64,000 bases of DNA, taken from NCBI GenBank assembly GCA_037447605.1, contig CM074823.1, forward strand, positions 1,488,001-1,552,000, in the 5' to 3' direction. The position numbers and the translations under genes were made by a program. This DNA comes from Zygnema circumcarinatum SAG 698-1b. Lineage: Eukaryota; Plantae; Zygnematophyceae. Below the pieces are notes generated by a model. The model saw nothing but the letters and a program-made list of their open reading frames with translations. It was not told the origin of the DNA and ran no database searches. Positions 1-16,000 of this stretch are shown in pieces; position 1 is the first letter of the stretch, and each line of letters opens with the position of its first letter.

Positions 1-1041
1 CTATCCCGTTTCCCCCCGTCACCCTGACGCCACGTGATTGGCTCTTATAAAGCTGCAATGAGTTTCTTGCGAGCAGCTGTGTGCCGTCAGCGACAAATGC
101 TATAATACGCGCACATCGCATTGCATTCCGCCAATCAGTCGCTGCCTTCACGCGTAAATGCCGGCAACGTGGGTGCCCGTAGGCTGGGCGGGCAGCTTGT
201 CGTTTGCGGGCCAATCAGACATATCGCCACACATCGTCGGCGTACTGAAACTGGCCGGCGAAACTTGTCGCCTCGCTGCAACCGTACGGTTCTTCTCAGA
301 CAATCACGCCGATATGCTGCCGATACGACGATATGCCGCTAGGGAAGGAAACGATAAAGTCGCCCGCCCGCCCGCCCGCCCGCCCGCCCGATGGCCAAAT
401 CAATGTACTGTACGAAACGCTGGCTGACCAAGTGCTCGTAACGTCCGGGACTCACGACTTAGTGGGACCGGGGCGTGCGCGTAACCTTGTGCGGTGTGCG
501 CGTATCTCTGAACCCTGTTGTGTGCAGGACTTTGCGCATGCGAGGTTTGGGGTTATCGGGATGGCATGAATGGAAACTCGAAGTCGTGGTAGAAGTGAAA
601 TTTCAAGCTCTTCCCGCATGGCTGAAACCTTGAACAATTATCGATGCGCCGTGCGTGCCTGCATGGATGCATGAATGCATGGGTGCATGAATGCATGCAT
701 GCATGCTGAGTACTGTATAACCATACATCCGATCGTTCGCTCGCGTGTGCTGAGTCCCGGCCCAACCGCGACTCGCGACTGTCCTCCTGCCGACCACCTC
801 CTCGCGGATGTCCGGATTGGCCGCCGGTCGGGAAAGGCCCCCGTCCTCAACATCTGCGCTTTCCGGCGTTACGGCATTCAACGACGGTTGGAACAATAGA
901 GAAAGTGGGGAGAGATATATGTATGCGCACAAAAAGACTCACTGTGAGATAGAGAGAGAGAGGGAGGGAGAGAGAGGGGGAGCGAGAGAGAGACAGGGAG
1001 AGAGTGAGGGGGAGCGAGAGAGAGACAGGGAGAGAGTGAGG

Positions 1042-1081
<40 letters not shown>

Positions 1082-1466
1082 TAAGAGACAAGAGATAGAG
1101 ATTCGATTGGCATACTTCATGATTTAGGCGTGATGCATGATGCATAAATTTGTGATGTCTGATGCATGGCATGATGCATGGTGATACATGACCATGGTAA
1201 AACAAAGGAAAAAGGAAGCCAATCCTCCACAACACATGCCGAATTCGAAATCATTTACACTTGGAGTCCCACACCGCCCCTGCCTGCCTCTATCTACAGC
1301 CCCCCTCCGCCCAACGCCTCTGAACCCAACCTTCTCTACTGAACCCTGCGGACAAAGTTGTTTTCTTCAATCCTTGAACCCTAAATTATGGCCGGAATTG
1401 AATCCTAACATTTCAAAAAACATGAGCAAGGCCGTACGTTGACGCCTCCCTTATAGTCTTCCTCTC

Positions 1467-1500
<34 letters not shown>

Positions 1501-1527
1501 GCCCTTTCTCATAACACAGATCCGCGT

Positions 1528-4880
<3,353 letters not shown>

Positions 4881-5210
4881 GGTTGCGAGCTGCTCTTTAC
4901 TCTCTCGCTCTCTCTCTTACTCTCTCTCCCTCTCTATCGCTCTCTCTCTCTCTCTCTCGCGCGCGCCCTCTCTCTCTCCCTCCCGCAGCTTCCTTCGATG
5001 AGAAAATATCTGCAGGCGATTCGGGCAGGCCAGATTCTGTCCCCCTGTCGAGATTTGCGATTGTGGGTGTGAGGATGTGCTGACGGGCCTTGCGCTCTTG
5101 TGGAGACTTCGGCGATTTGGTTTTGAGAAATTTGGAATTCTGCAAAGGGGGTAAACTTTCATTGAACTCGCGATGGCGAGGCCATCAAATGTACATGGAC
5201 AAAAGCAAAA

Positions 5211-5283
5211 TGTGGAACCACGAAGGACTGGTCGCAAAGGACCGAAACACAATAAAACGAAGCTAGGAGCGGAAAACTACGCT
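5211..5283 (+). repeat. Dispersed repeat X, uninterrupted copy
   Basis: TGTGGAACCACGAAGGACTGGTCGCAAAGGACCGAAACACAATA-AAACGAAGCTAGGAGCGGAAAACTACGC matches 54550-54593 plus 55375-55408, where the copy is split by a MITE. Confidence 0.8.
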
Positions 5284-6268
5284 CTACTAATTCTGGGGTT
5301 TTTAGAATTTGTACATGTGAATGATTTTTTAGGGATGCTTGGGGTTCGGGGTTTTGTGGACCTCTTCCTCGTGCAATGTTGCATGAAGTCATGGACCACA
5401 AAAACGTCGTAACGTGATTCGTTGGTGAGCACAGGGCATGACTTCTCTTTGGCGCAATCTTTGGAACTGTCATAGGGCGACTCATTCTTACCTTTCGCCT
5501 TACAGATTTGAAATCAGAATCCGTATTGTTTGTAACTTCAACCCTCATTTCTAAACAAGACTGAGTATTCGTATTCGTATTCGTTTTGGCGTTCTTTTGC
5601 TAGGAATGAGCCCCCTTAACTTCAGCTGTACGGTCAACAGCAACATCAACAACATTGCATCATCGTATGATGAACATCGTTTTGCCATGTCATTACCACC
5701 CCCCACGTCATCCCCATCGTCACCATCATCATCATCCCAACCCCATCACCATGCCCAACACCATTGCCATCACAATTCCGATAACTTAAAAAAGCTCGTT
5801 TGAGTTGAAGGAACTCCTCCAATTTGCCATACTACACAGCGCTCACAAGCCGCCCCTCCCTCCCTCCCTCCCTCCCTCCAGCGCCCCTCTCTACTCTCGT
5901 GGCCAAAAAAAAAGCAGAAGGAAAGGGGGAGCTCTCTCCCTCTCCTTTTTTTCCGGCCTCGCTCACGAACAAAATCAAAAACACCCCCAAGAAGAAAATT
6001 ACAAAAGAACAAGAAAGGAAAAAATCGCTACTCCAATGCCTCTGCTATCTCCCTACCACAATTTGCGACATGGGTTCATACCCCATCCTCGAGTCATGAC
6101 TGTACGTCGATGACCCCGATATCATCATAACTTGAGGGGAACTCTCCGCCCCCCCTCCCCCTCCCCANNNNNNNNNNNNNNNNNNNNNNNNNNNNNNNNN
6201 NNNNNNNNNNNNNNNNNNNNNNNNNNNNNNNNNNNNNNNNNNNNNNNNNNNNNNNNNNNNNNNNNNNA

Positions 6269-6623
6269 ACACAGCGGAGGTGATGTCATATGTGGCCTGC
6301 GGTTCCGTTGGCGTGTACGGAACTAGCGCCATGGAGGCCCCCAGCTCCTGCACAAAGCAGCAGCTTGTGGGGACCACGATGGAGTCGTTGACCGCCACTT
6401 GTCGCTCGATGGGGATGTCGTTGACTTGCGCGAGGTCCAGCACAGATACATTGAACAGAGACGCGATTAGGTCCAGGCGGGCGTAGGGGGGCTGCACCAC
6501 GTAGCTTGCCAGCGAGGCGCACCGAGGCGTGCCAGCGCGACACGTGGCACTCACTAGCGGTAACTGGGGAACCGCAACGGAAACGGAAACGAGGACATAG
6601 AACGCGAAAAGGGGTAGGCTCAT
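6269..6623 (-). CDS. LysM-domain extracellular protein (LYM/CEBiP-like ectodomain), 5' part; the 3' end is hidden by an N gap
   Basis: ATG at 6623 begins MSLPLFAFYVLVSVSVAVPQLPLVSA (signal-peptide-like), then TCRAGTPRCASLASYVVQ..LDLIASLFNVSVLDLAQVNDIP...SIVVPTSCCFVQ..ALVPYT. This is the Cys / LysM1 / 'VP.C.C' layout of plant LysM receptor ectodomains. The frame runs into a ~100-N gap. Confidence 0.72.
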
Positions 6624-8776
6624 TCTTCCTCCTCCGTTATGACGTCGTCGGAGGGGACACGTGTCAGCTCGCTGTGCCCTCTCCTCCTCCTCCTCCGCCG
6701 TTCTCTCTCCCGTCCTCTCCCTCGCTGCCCTACCTTCTCTACCTTCTTGCTCTGCTTCCTCCCCGCCCTCCTCCTCCTCCTCCTCTCGCCCCTCTTTTTT
6801 CGCTATCTCCTCCAAAGCTATTCCCTCCTCTCTCTCCTCTATCACACCCCCTCTCCCTCTCCCTCTCCTCCATATCTCAGACTCGGGGAACCCATTTTGA
6901 CACCGCCTCGCCGCGGGAGGTGACATCGCCGCCTCTCCCTCTCCCTCCCTTGTCTCCCTCATATCTATGATCTCTCCCCCTCCCTTCTCTCTCTGCACAG
7001 CCCCCCTCCCCACATTATCTCACTCTCTCTCTCTCCCCCCTCTCCCCACTCTCCTTCACTCCCACATCCTCCCACGTCCCACCACCGCCTCACTCCCTCC
7101 TCCCCTTCTCCTTCCTCCGCGTGCCTTCTCCTCCTTCACTCAGCGCCTGCCACGTAGGTCCGAATTCTCCCGCATCCAAAACATCTCGTTTCCAAATCTG
7201 CCTCCGTCCGACCCTTCAGTACCTATTCTTACTGCAAAAATCCTCTCCTTTCCTATCTCTCTCGCCCTCTCCCCCTCTCTCTCCCTCCCTCCCTCTCCCT
7301 CTCTCTCTCTCTCCCTCGCTCCCTCCCTCTCCCTCTCTCGCTCTCTCGCTACCTCTCCTTCTCTCCCTCCCACTCCCTCTCTCTCGCCCTCGCGCCCTTC
7401 TCCCTCTCTCCCTCTCTCCCTCTCTCGCTCTCTCCCTCCCTCTCCCTCCCTCTCCAGTCCCCCCTCGATTAGGGTTTCGGCAGTTCGGCCGCCACCCGCC
7501 CGCTGCCAAGGCGGCGCCGTTTGGATGTCGGTGCATTTACGGACTAAGCGACAAGTCACTCTGTCGTTTTCAGAATTGCCGGCCTTCCGAAATATAGGGG
7601 CATTGTACGGACAGGTCCACGTGTCTCACTGGGGAGGACTCCCGGGTCAACAGCACCCTGCGGTCAACGGCCACTGCGATTGGTGGATGAGGTTTAGGGC
7701 ACAGCGAAAAATGGACCATACGGACACGAGTCATTTGTGGTGTTGAGTGTACGGAGAAAATTTACTTTTTTCATCAAGAGCTGCTTTTGGGTCAGAGGAA
7801 AATTACGTCACATTGTGCTGTAAACATTTTACACTTCGGTTAAAATCTGTTTCGGGCAGATTGGTGAATTTTCCAAAAAAATTGGGTCGACAGAAAACGA
7901 CAATTTTCTGTTAGTGAACAGAAACTGGCTTGTATTCGGTGAGGGCGATACGTTCCGCAAAATTTCTATTTTCATTTTTTTTTTAATGGAGAAGTTCATG
8001 GTACTAATTTGTAGGGAAAATATAATTTTTGGGCCCAAAATCAGAAAATGTTTCCTCACGGGCTGAAATCGAAACGTTTTGAGAACGGGCAGCCAGACTC
8101 CACCAGTCAGAGGCGCAGAAATATCCAAGCTCTGACGTCACCGGCGCGGTCCCAAACTATTTGCCAGACAATCAGACGGGCAGCCCGCTCCGTCCCCCAC
8201 GCACAACAGCCTTTGACGATTGGCCAGAGCGACTCCGGTCTGCTCAAAACGTTCGGACGGCGGCCTCCAGAGCGGTCGTGGCAAGTGGGGCCCGCCGGGC
8301 CCTGGCCGGCCCCTCCCGTCATCAGAGCTTTGACTCTAGCGGCCCGTAAGCCGGCCGGTCGTACGGTCAACGTCCGTGACCTTACAAAATATGTACGGCT
8401 TTCCTATGACGTTCTGACTTTTTCCCGTACAGTTTTCGTCTTTTCGAAAAATGATTGCAAAGTATGTAATTTGTCGTTAGGGACATAGATCTGGTCATGG
8501 CGTCGTGACTTGTACCAAAGGTCGCAAAAGGACAAGAAGGAGAAGACCCTCAGATCCCAATGGTAGTTATGATTTCTATTGTCGGTTCGTTTGTCGTCTA
8601 GCTTGGGCCAGACGGAGTGCAGAGGTTCGCAACAGCGCAACCGACTTTTCTTCCAACGACCGTCAGCGCTCCCTTCGACACATATCGTCAAACATAACAG
8701 AACGGTAAACATAGAGCTTTATAAGGAATATCGAACTGCCGCTCCGTGCAGTTCCTTGCATCACGTACATATCCAC

Positions 8777-9388
8777 GGGGAACTATATACCCCCCCCCTT
8801 TTTTGGTTATCCCGCCCCTGTTTTTTTGAAATCCCACTCTCCCATTTTGGCTATGCCGCCCCTCCCATTTTGGGATATCCCGCCCCCTACTTTGGACATT
8901 CCCCCATTGTTTTCTCCTTCTCACACATCAGCGCAACGTCCGTAACGACATTCGCAAAGAAAGAGCAGAGCAGAGAAGAGAGGAAGAGAGAGCTTTCTCT
9001 CTCTCTCTCTCTTGAAGAGTAGAGGAGAGAGAGACGAGGAGAGAGAGACTAGAGGAGAGAGCATAGGAGAGAGAGAGAGCAGAGGAGAGAGAGACGAGGA
9101 GAGAGAGACTAGAGGGGAGAGTAGAGGAGCGAGAGAGAGCAGAGGAGTGAGAGCCGAGGAGAGAGAGAGTATAGAGAGAGAGAGAGAGAGCAGAGGAGTG
9201 AGAGACTAGAGGAGAGAGCAAAGGAGCGAGAGAGAATGAGCAGAATCTCCTCCCGAAATATTCAAAATGGGGGGGGGGGATAGCCAAAATGGGAGGGGGG
9301 GCAGAATAGCCCAAATGGGAGACTGGGATTTAAAAAAAACAGGGGCGGGATAACCAAAAAAGGGGGGGGGCAGCGTATATAGTTCTCC
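8777..9388. mobile_element. Non-autonomous Mutator-like (MULE) element with ~130-bp TIRs and a 9-bp TSD
   Basis: Left end GGGGAACTATATAC-CCCCCCCCTTTTTTGGTTATCCCGCCCCTG... is the reverse complement of the right end ...GTATATAGTTCTCC. The identical 9-mer CATATCCAC flanks both sides (8768-8776 and 9389-9397). Confidence 0.88.
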
Positions 9389-9863
9389 CATATCCACCGT
9401 TCAAAGTTATAATTCGTACGAGCGGTACGGAAATTTCTGTACACCGTCGAAGACGACTGAGCGTTAAACTGTAATAGGAAGAAGCAACGGAGCCAGCCTC
9501 GATAGTCGAAGATATCGACCCGTAGCCGATATCCCGTCGATGCACGCATGTTGTTGCTTGCATTGCATGGCCCACCCACTTCTAGCTCATTCCATGCACA
9601 ACAGCGCCACGCCCAATATCACTCAAAACCCTCAACCCCTTCCTTTCCCATTCGTTTCAACCCATCTCCTTGTCATTATTGTTATATCAACGCATGTCCT
9701 TATTGCAAGCCTATGCATGTTGTCGTTATTCTCCAGCAATTGCGCCGTCCGACCAACCTTCTAACAAAAACATGAATGAAACAATTAAAGAATTTCCTCC
9801 CCCCCCCCCCTTCCTATTCCAAAACCCTTCCAAAACCCTTCTTCGGCCTTTCCATGACATGGC

Positions 9864-12176
9864 TCATCCCCGCCCATCCCCCCTCAGCCTCGCGAGAAAC
9901 TCCTCCTCCTGGACGACCCTCCCGCAGGCGTTGCACTCCAGCGCCTGCTCGCCCTCGTACTCGGCCCCCGCCCACCGCCCGACCAGGGGAGCCATCGTCC
10001 CCCCACACTCCTCCGTCATACACAAATGTCTCAAAAAGAACATTGAATGAGCGAGCAGTTCCTCCGACGCCTCTCCTTCCTCTTCTCCCTCTCCCTCTCC
10101 CTCTTCGTCTCCCTCTCCCTCTCCGTCTCCCTCTCCCTCTCCGTCTCCCACTTGCTCTCCCTCTCCGTCTCCCTCTGCTTCTTCCTCCTGGTCGTCTTCG
10201 TCTTCCACTTGTGCCTTTCCGTAACCAACAAATGCTTCACTCTTTTCCTCATCTCTGCTCTCAATTTCCTTTGACTTGTCAAATGCTTCATCTCCATCCC
10301 CATCTCCATCTCCACCTGCGTCACCCTCCTCATCGTCTTCTCTCTCTCCCTCTCCCTCTTCTTCCTCTCCCTCTTCATCGTCCTCTCCCTCCTCCTCCTC
10401 CTCCTCCTCCTCCCACTTCCCCTCAATAAGGCATCGCGCACAAGTGCACTCGAACCCATAGTCCTCTTCAAGTCGGCTTTGGCGCTCTTCCAAAGTCCAA
10501 TTTATGGGAAAGTACGAAATGCACATCTCCATGCCCTCCGAGACATCACGCATTGCGCGAAAAGTGATGTCGGTGTTGCCTTCTCCTTCCTTGTCAACAT
10601 CATCAAACCTGCATCATCATTACCCATCATCAACACCGTCATCTTCATCACCGCCACCGTCAACATTGGAGAGGGACACCACACCTCCCTCCCTTCTTCC
10701 CTCCCTCCCTACCTCCTTCCTTCCCTCTCTCCCTCCTTCCCTCCCTCTCTCCCTCCTTCCCTCCCTCTCTCCCTCCTTACCTCCCTCTCTCCCTCCTTCC
10801 TACCCTCTCTCCCTCCTCTCCCTCNNNNNNNNNNTTTCTTCCCTCTCTCCCTCCTTCCCTCCCTCCCTCCCTCCCTCCCTCCCTCCCTCCTTCCTTCCCT
10901 CTCTCCCTCCTCCCCTCCGTTTCTCCCTCCCCCTCTCCTTCACTCACCGGCACATATTCGGGAAGCAGCTGTGATTGGCGAGTGCTGCGAGGGGGTAGGT
11001 TGCGTAGGCTCTCACTGTCCTCTCTCCTCCCGGAGTCATCGGAGCCATTAATCCAAAGGTGTTTCGATCATAGACAGCAATAAGGGCTGCAACAACATCT
11101 GCTCCTATTCTCTCACTCTCTCTCTCCTCTCCTCGCCATTCCTCTCCCTCCAAAATTTCACTCACAAACGAGTGCAATCGACGGACATTATCGCCTATTG
11201 ACAAGTCGCTTCGATCTCCACCATCCATCTGCAACAGCAGATCTATGACATCCACCGTCGGATGTTTCCCCTGCTCAGAGGGGTTTCTCAGATCTTCTAA
11301 CGATGTCAAGTAGCGGTAGAGCCCATCTCCTCTCTCTCCCTCTCCTCCCCCTCTGCTTCCCTCTCCACTCTCATCCCCTAAAAGCAAATCGACTAAATCT
11401 CTCTCACCCACTCTACTCCCTTCCCATGAAACCCGCCCCCCCCATCTTTTACTCGAGTTAAAAACTGCTAATAGCCACCGAGCAGCTGTTTTCATCTCCG
11501 AGTCAAATTCGGTCATTTCGAGTCGAGTTATAGCTCTGCATACTCGTAAAGAGTGCGCCGGAAAGTGTTCAGCTTTCTTAGTATCCGAAGAGACACTCTT
11601 ATTCGGATTTTTGCCATCTCGATCCTCTGTCAGTTCAACGGAATTTCCAGTTGCCTTCGCTTGACAGGCAGCGTCGCAGAACCAGCTCAGTTTGCAGCCC
11701 CCACAAATAATGCCTTTATTTTTTTTTTCATTTTTTTCAGAATCAAACCACCTGCAACAGAATATGTAAAATTGACGTTTAGGGTTATAGATAAACACTG
11801 ATTTGCCATAAATGTATTCCGAAATTCCAAAGTTTCGAACTCTTTAAAGGTTTCTGCACTCGGGTGTTGGGTGCTGCACACTAAACCCCAAGCCCTATAC
11901 CGGTGTCCTGCACCCATAANNNNNNNNNNCCCTTCCCCCCTCCCCCTTCCCTCCCCCTCTCCCCGCTAAACCCTAATCCTTAAGCCCCCGGAAGCGTTGG
12001 CGGGTGTCCGACCGGAAGCAGAGCGCGCAGCAGCGCGGCGCGGCGGCGGCTTCGACGGCGGCGGCGATCGGCGCGTCGCGGAGGAGCGGCTCGCCGGCGC
12101 ACAAAGCCCTGCGAGCGACCAGCCCGCGCCCGCGGCCCGATAGAGGGCCCGCGAGCAGGGGGGGCTGCAGAGGCAT
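9864..12176 (-). CDS. ASHR2: SET/MYND histone-lysine N-methyltransferase ASHR2 (SDG39)-like, 3 exons
   Basis: complement(join(9864..10608,10948..11751,12013..12176)) = 1713 nt with matching phases. Motifs: GRGRGLVARRALCAGEPLLRD, CALCFR..CGGCKLSWFCDAAC, NTFGLMAP..RTVRAYATYPLAALANHSCFPNMCRFDDVD..GNTDITFRAMRDVSEGMEMCISYFP, EEDYGFECTCARC, an acidic tract, then HSMFFLRHLC..ECGGTMAPL..LECNACG. Confidence 0.92.
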
Positions 12177-12621
12177 GTCTGTCTCGCGGAGAGGGGGAGG
12201 GAGAGGGGAGGGGGCGAGAGGGAGAGGGGGAGAGAGAGGGGGGGAGATAGAGAAGTAGAGACAAGGGAGAGGGAAAGAGAGCGAGGGAAAGAGAGAAAAA
12301 GAGAGAGTGAGGGAGGTATGGGTATAGAGAGTGAGGGAGAGAAAGAGTTGAGGCGAGAGAGAGGGACGAGAGAGGGGAAGAGGGAGGGAGAGGTGGGGGT
12401 TTGGCAGGAGGGAGGCTCGACAGGCCGCGCTGGGGGCACACTGCAAACCTTCAAATTCACATGCCAAATCTCGGACGACCAATCACGGGTCGCCAGCTGG
12501 CGAGGCTGACGTGGCCACGCGCCGTGGACTGCCGCCAGCTGGCGATGGCACGTTCGGTTGACCGTACATCTCTCCGGTACAGTGGGGGGTCCTCATATTT
12601 TCCACCCTGTACAGTGCGCTC

Positions 12622-13063
12622 TGTAGCGTAACGGAGCTGCGCTCGACAGATCCGCGTCCGTTCAGTTGTACTTGACATATTCGTATTCAGTGTCACGGAC
12701 CGGCCTGATCCAGGAATTGCCGACGGAAACTGCGAGACGGCGGCGCCATTTGTTGGCGGCCCACGGGACAGCACACCATCCAGCTAGGCGCACTCGGAAG
12801 CGCCGCAAGATGCCGCCGATTGTCATCAGTTGACCTATCCGAAGGCTCCACGTAGTCAGTCAGGCCTCTCAGTGGGCAGTTGGCCAATCAGAGGCTGTCA
12901 CTGCTAAGGCTCAAGATCTATTGTCAGTGTTAAGTAGATGGGATGTCAGTGATGCTTTTTTGTCTTTTAGTGCTGGGCTTAGTATTTGTATTTGCTGTGT
13001 GGTTTGTTGTCTTGTTCTTCTTTCTTCTTTTCCTTCCTCTTCAGTTACAGCAACAGATGCTAA

Positions 13064-13094
<31 letters not shown>

Positions 13095-16000
13095 TCCCAT
13101 GCCATGCCATAGAGAGAGAGAGAGAGAGAAAGAGTCTTCTTGCTGATAGCATCTGAGACGTCTCATTCAGCCCAGTCAGACAAAGATTTCAGCGGACAAA
13201 GGACAATTTCACTTAAGTGTCTACAGTCCCAGCCAACCGCTGGTTGGTGAGTTTCCAAAACACCACCTTTATCTAAGTTGTGTCCCGTTTTCCCTCCGCC
13301 GTCATGATGCCAAGCCTCTATCTTGCTCTATCCTGCTTGATTACTTTATGACCAATGATCACTGAAGAGTCAGCTAAGAGACTAGCCGAGGAGAGGACAA
13401 GGGAGGAGGGTTCCCAAGGAAGGGCTCTTTGCGCATCAGTCCGGGCCGTGTACGTCTTCAATAATCCTCACGCCTTCGCGCCGCGCGACTTTGAACCCCC
13501 GGATCCTGGCTTTACTGAGCAGACCCACACCAACCCAACCTTCATTAGTTCCAGGACCTGATGCGGCGAGTGGCCGCAGACAGGAGCCCTGGAGTCAGCG
13601 AGGAGTCCTCACCACCACCCTGGATCAAGAACCAAGGCTCTGAAGATCCACGCACCTTGACATGAGGCCGATCTGCTGACCTGTGATCGCAGCTGCCACT
13701 GATGAGAGTTAGCAAAGAGGGACAAGCAGACTNNNNNNNNNNNNNNNNNNNNNNNNNNNNNNNNNNNNNNNNNNNNNNNNNNNNNNNNNNNNNNNNNNNN
13801 NNNNNNNNNNNNNNNNNNNNNNNNNNNNNNNNAGACCAAGTATGTTTCTACCGGGAGGGAGAGGTCAGCGTACATCCTCTCGCACTCGAAGTTCAAGTTT
13901 TTCACGCCTGGGCCTCAGCCCGCTATCAACCGGATCACCACATGCCTCTCACCCGCTGCACATTATGTATACCCTACTCTAAGTTGCAATCGATGGGTGA
14001 TGAAGTTTGGAGGAGTACAATGTACTCAAAGTCACTCACCGTCCCGGCCGTAGTCACGGCAATGCTGATGGCCTCAGTCGCAATCCCTCGGCTCCCCTCC
14101 TCTGCCACGATCCGGCCGTCCCTGAGCCCATCCCTCCACCCACCCTCCTGAACCCTGAGCATCTTCCCATTGAGATCTTTATTGCAGAGCAAGACTTACA
14201 TGAGGTCATATTCGCAGATGGAATTATCGATATTCCGGCCACGGCCACCACCCTCCATCGCTGGCAGGACCCTGTCTTCACCCTCTGCCACCCCCATGCG
14301 GATCCGTGGGAACTCCTCATGGATGACGATGGCGACGCTCCCTTACTTCCTCCCCATTTCCCCAGCGCCAATGACGTCCATTCTGACTCCTCCCTTCTGC
14401 GCTACGTCATGACTCGCAAGCTGCCCCCTTTTGTCACGGACACCGAGAGGGCTCGGCTGCTCCAACGCGCTCGGAAATTCTCTGTCGATGATGACGGACA
14501 GATTCTCTACCTCCCCTCCGGCCTTCCTGTTCCATTCCCTAACGAGCGTATGGAAATTCTCGACGTCGCCCCACGCATTCCCAACCCTCAAGTGTGCTTC
14601 CACCTCGGAGCGTAAAGAAGATGTGGTGGCCCTCAAGGTGAGGAGCGCTACTATTGGGCCCGCCTCTTATGGGCGTGTGAGCCGCTACGCTGGAAACTCG
14701 CACTCCGCCGCTAACGCGTAAGCCGCTTCCCCGCATCAAGCAACCCTCGAGATGGGTGAGATCCAATACGCGCGCCGCCAAGACCGGAACATCGACACCT
14801 TTTTCTATTCCCCAGCTCTCAAGCACTCTCTTCGCCAAGCATTCGAAGCCTCTTAGCCGTGTGGGACATAGCTACCCGCGGGTGGAAGTTCATAATGGCT
14901 GTAATCTTAAGCATTCCATCCACTCCCCGGCCCCGACGCCAACAATTCACCGCTACCTCTATACCCTACTCGCCCACTCGACAATGGCACCAATACAAGG
15001 GGGCATTTGCCAAGCTCATGCAGGACTTCCGCATCATTCACCACACCTCTAGCCCCTACTCCCCCTGGTAGAATGGGCTTGCAGAACGTACCATACAGAC
15101 GGTCAAGGATGCGGTGTGTTCAAGGGCTGCGCGAGGCCGGAGTAAGGCGGATCGCAGGTCATACCTCCCCGTCTTCACGCATAACACCTCTCACGTTTCA
15201 CCTCCACCGGCTTCTCCCCCTACGCAGCTCCTCTATGGCCGTGAAGCCTCGCGATTCCTTGACCTCCTCCGAAAGCCCTCTTTCTACCATGACGCCACCC
15301 CCTCGATCTGCCCAGCTTCAGCCTCATGGCCTCGCCTGTGTGTAAATTCCTAGATTCCATGGCCTCCCACCACCCTCTAACGCCACGTGACGCACAACTC
15401 ACCGACTTTGGGGGCCACGCCGCCTCCCCGCCTAACTCCAGCGCCGCCACATCACCATTTGGCTCGGGACCTCGCCAAACCTACTCAACGGGCTTTTCCT
15501 GCGTCAGGGCCCCTTCATTTCCGTCGGTCCACGGAGATCCTGTGATGGGGCCATCATTTCGAAGCGCTCCCCTCGACTCTGGGAACGCCCGCCGGGCGCT
15601 CCCACCGACGGTCGGGCCGCCACGCCAGTTCCTCCCCCTCGCTGATGGTCGACTGCAGCCTGCGACCGGCCAAGGGCCTCCTCCGCTGTACCCCCGCCAT
15701 GACGCATTCTCATTGGTCCATTTCTCGCCTCGCCGGGCCACCTCCTCGGGTATTCCGCCACTTTGCCCCTTCGCCTTACTCCGCCAAGGCCGCTCTTCCG
15801 ACACGGTCCTCCCCGGATACTCCCCCATTCAACGTAAGCGGAAGCCCGACGGCCTCCGACTTCGCCGCGCGCTGCCCCTGGCTCCACGCCATTGGTTTCC
15901 TCGCTTTTGTCTTTTTCTACTGGCAGGGCGGCGCTTTGTTTCGCATGCGTTACGTGATGTAGCGTGACCTGAAAGCTGCGTTTCATGTATCTCGCCTGCT

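Noticed and set aside
1-940. Short ORFs plus CCAAT/TATA-like motifs at the window start
   Set aside because: No recognisable product, and upstream context is missing.
7749-8431. Weak inverted match TGTACGG(A)GAAAA at both ends, suggesting a MITE
   Set aside because: The match is only ~12 bp, with no extended TIR and no second copy in the window.
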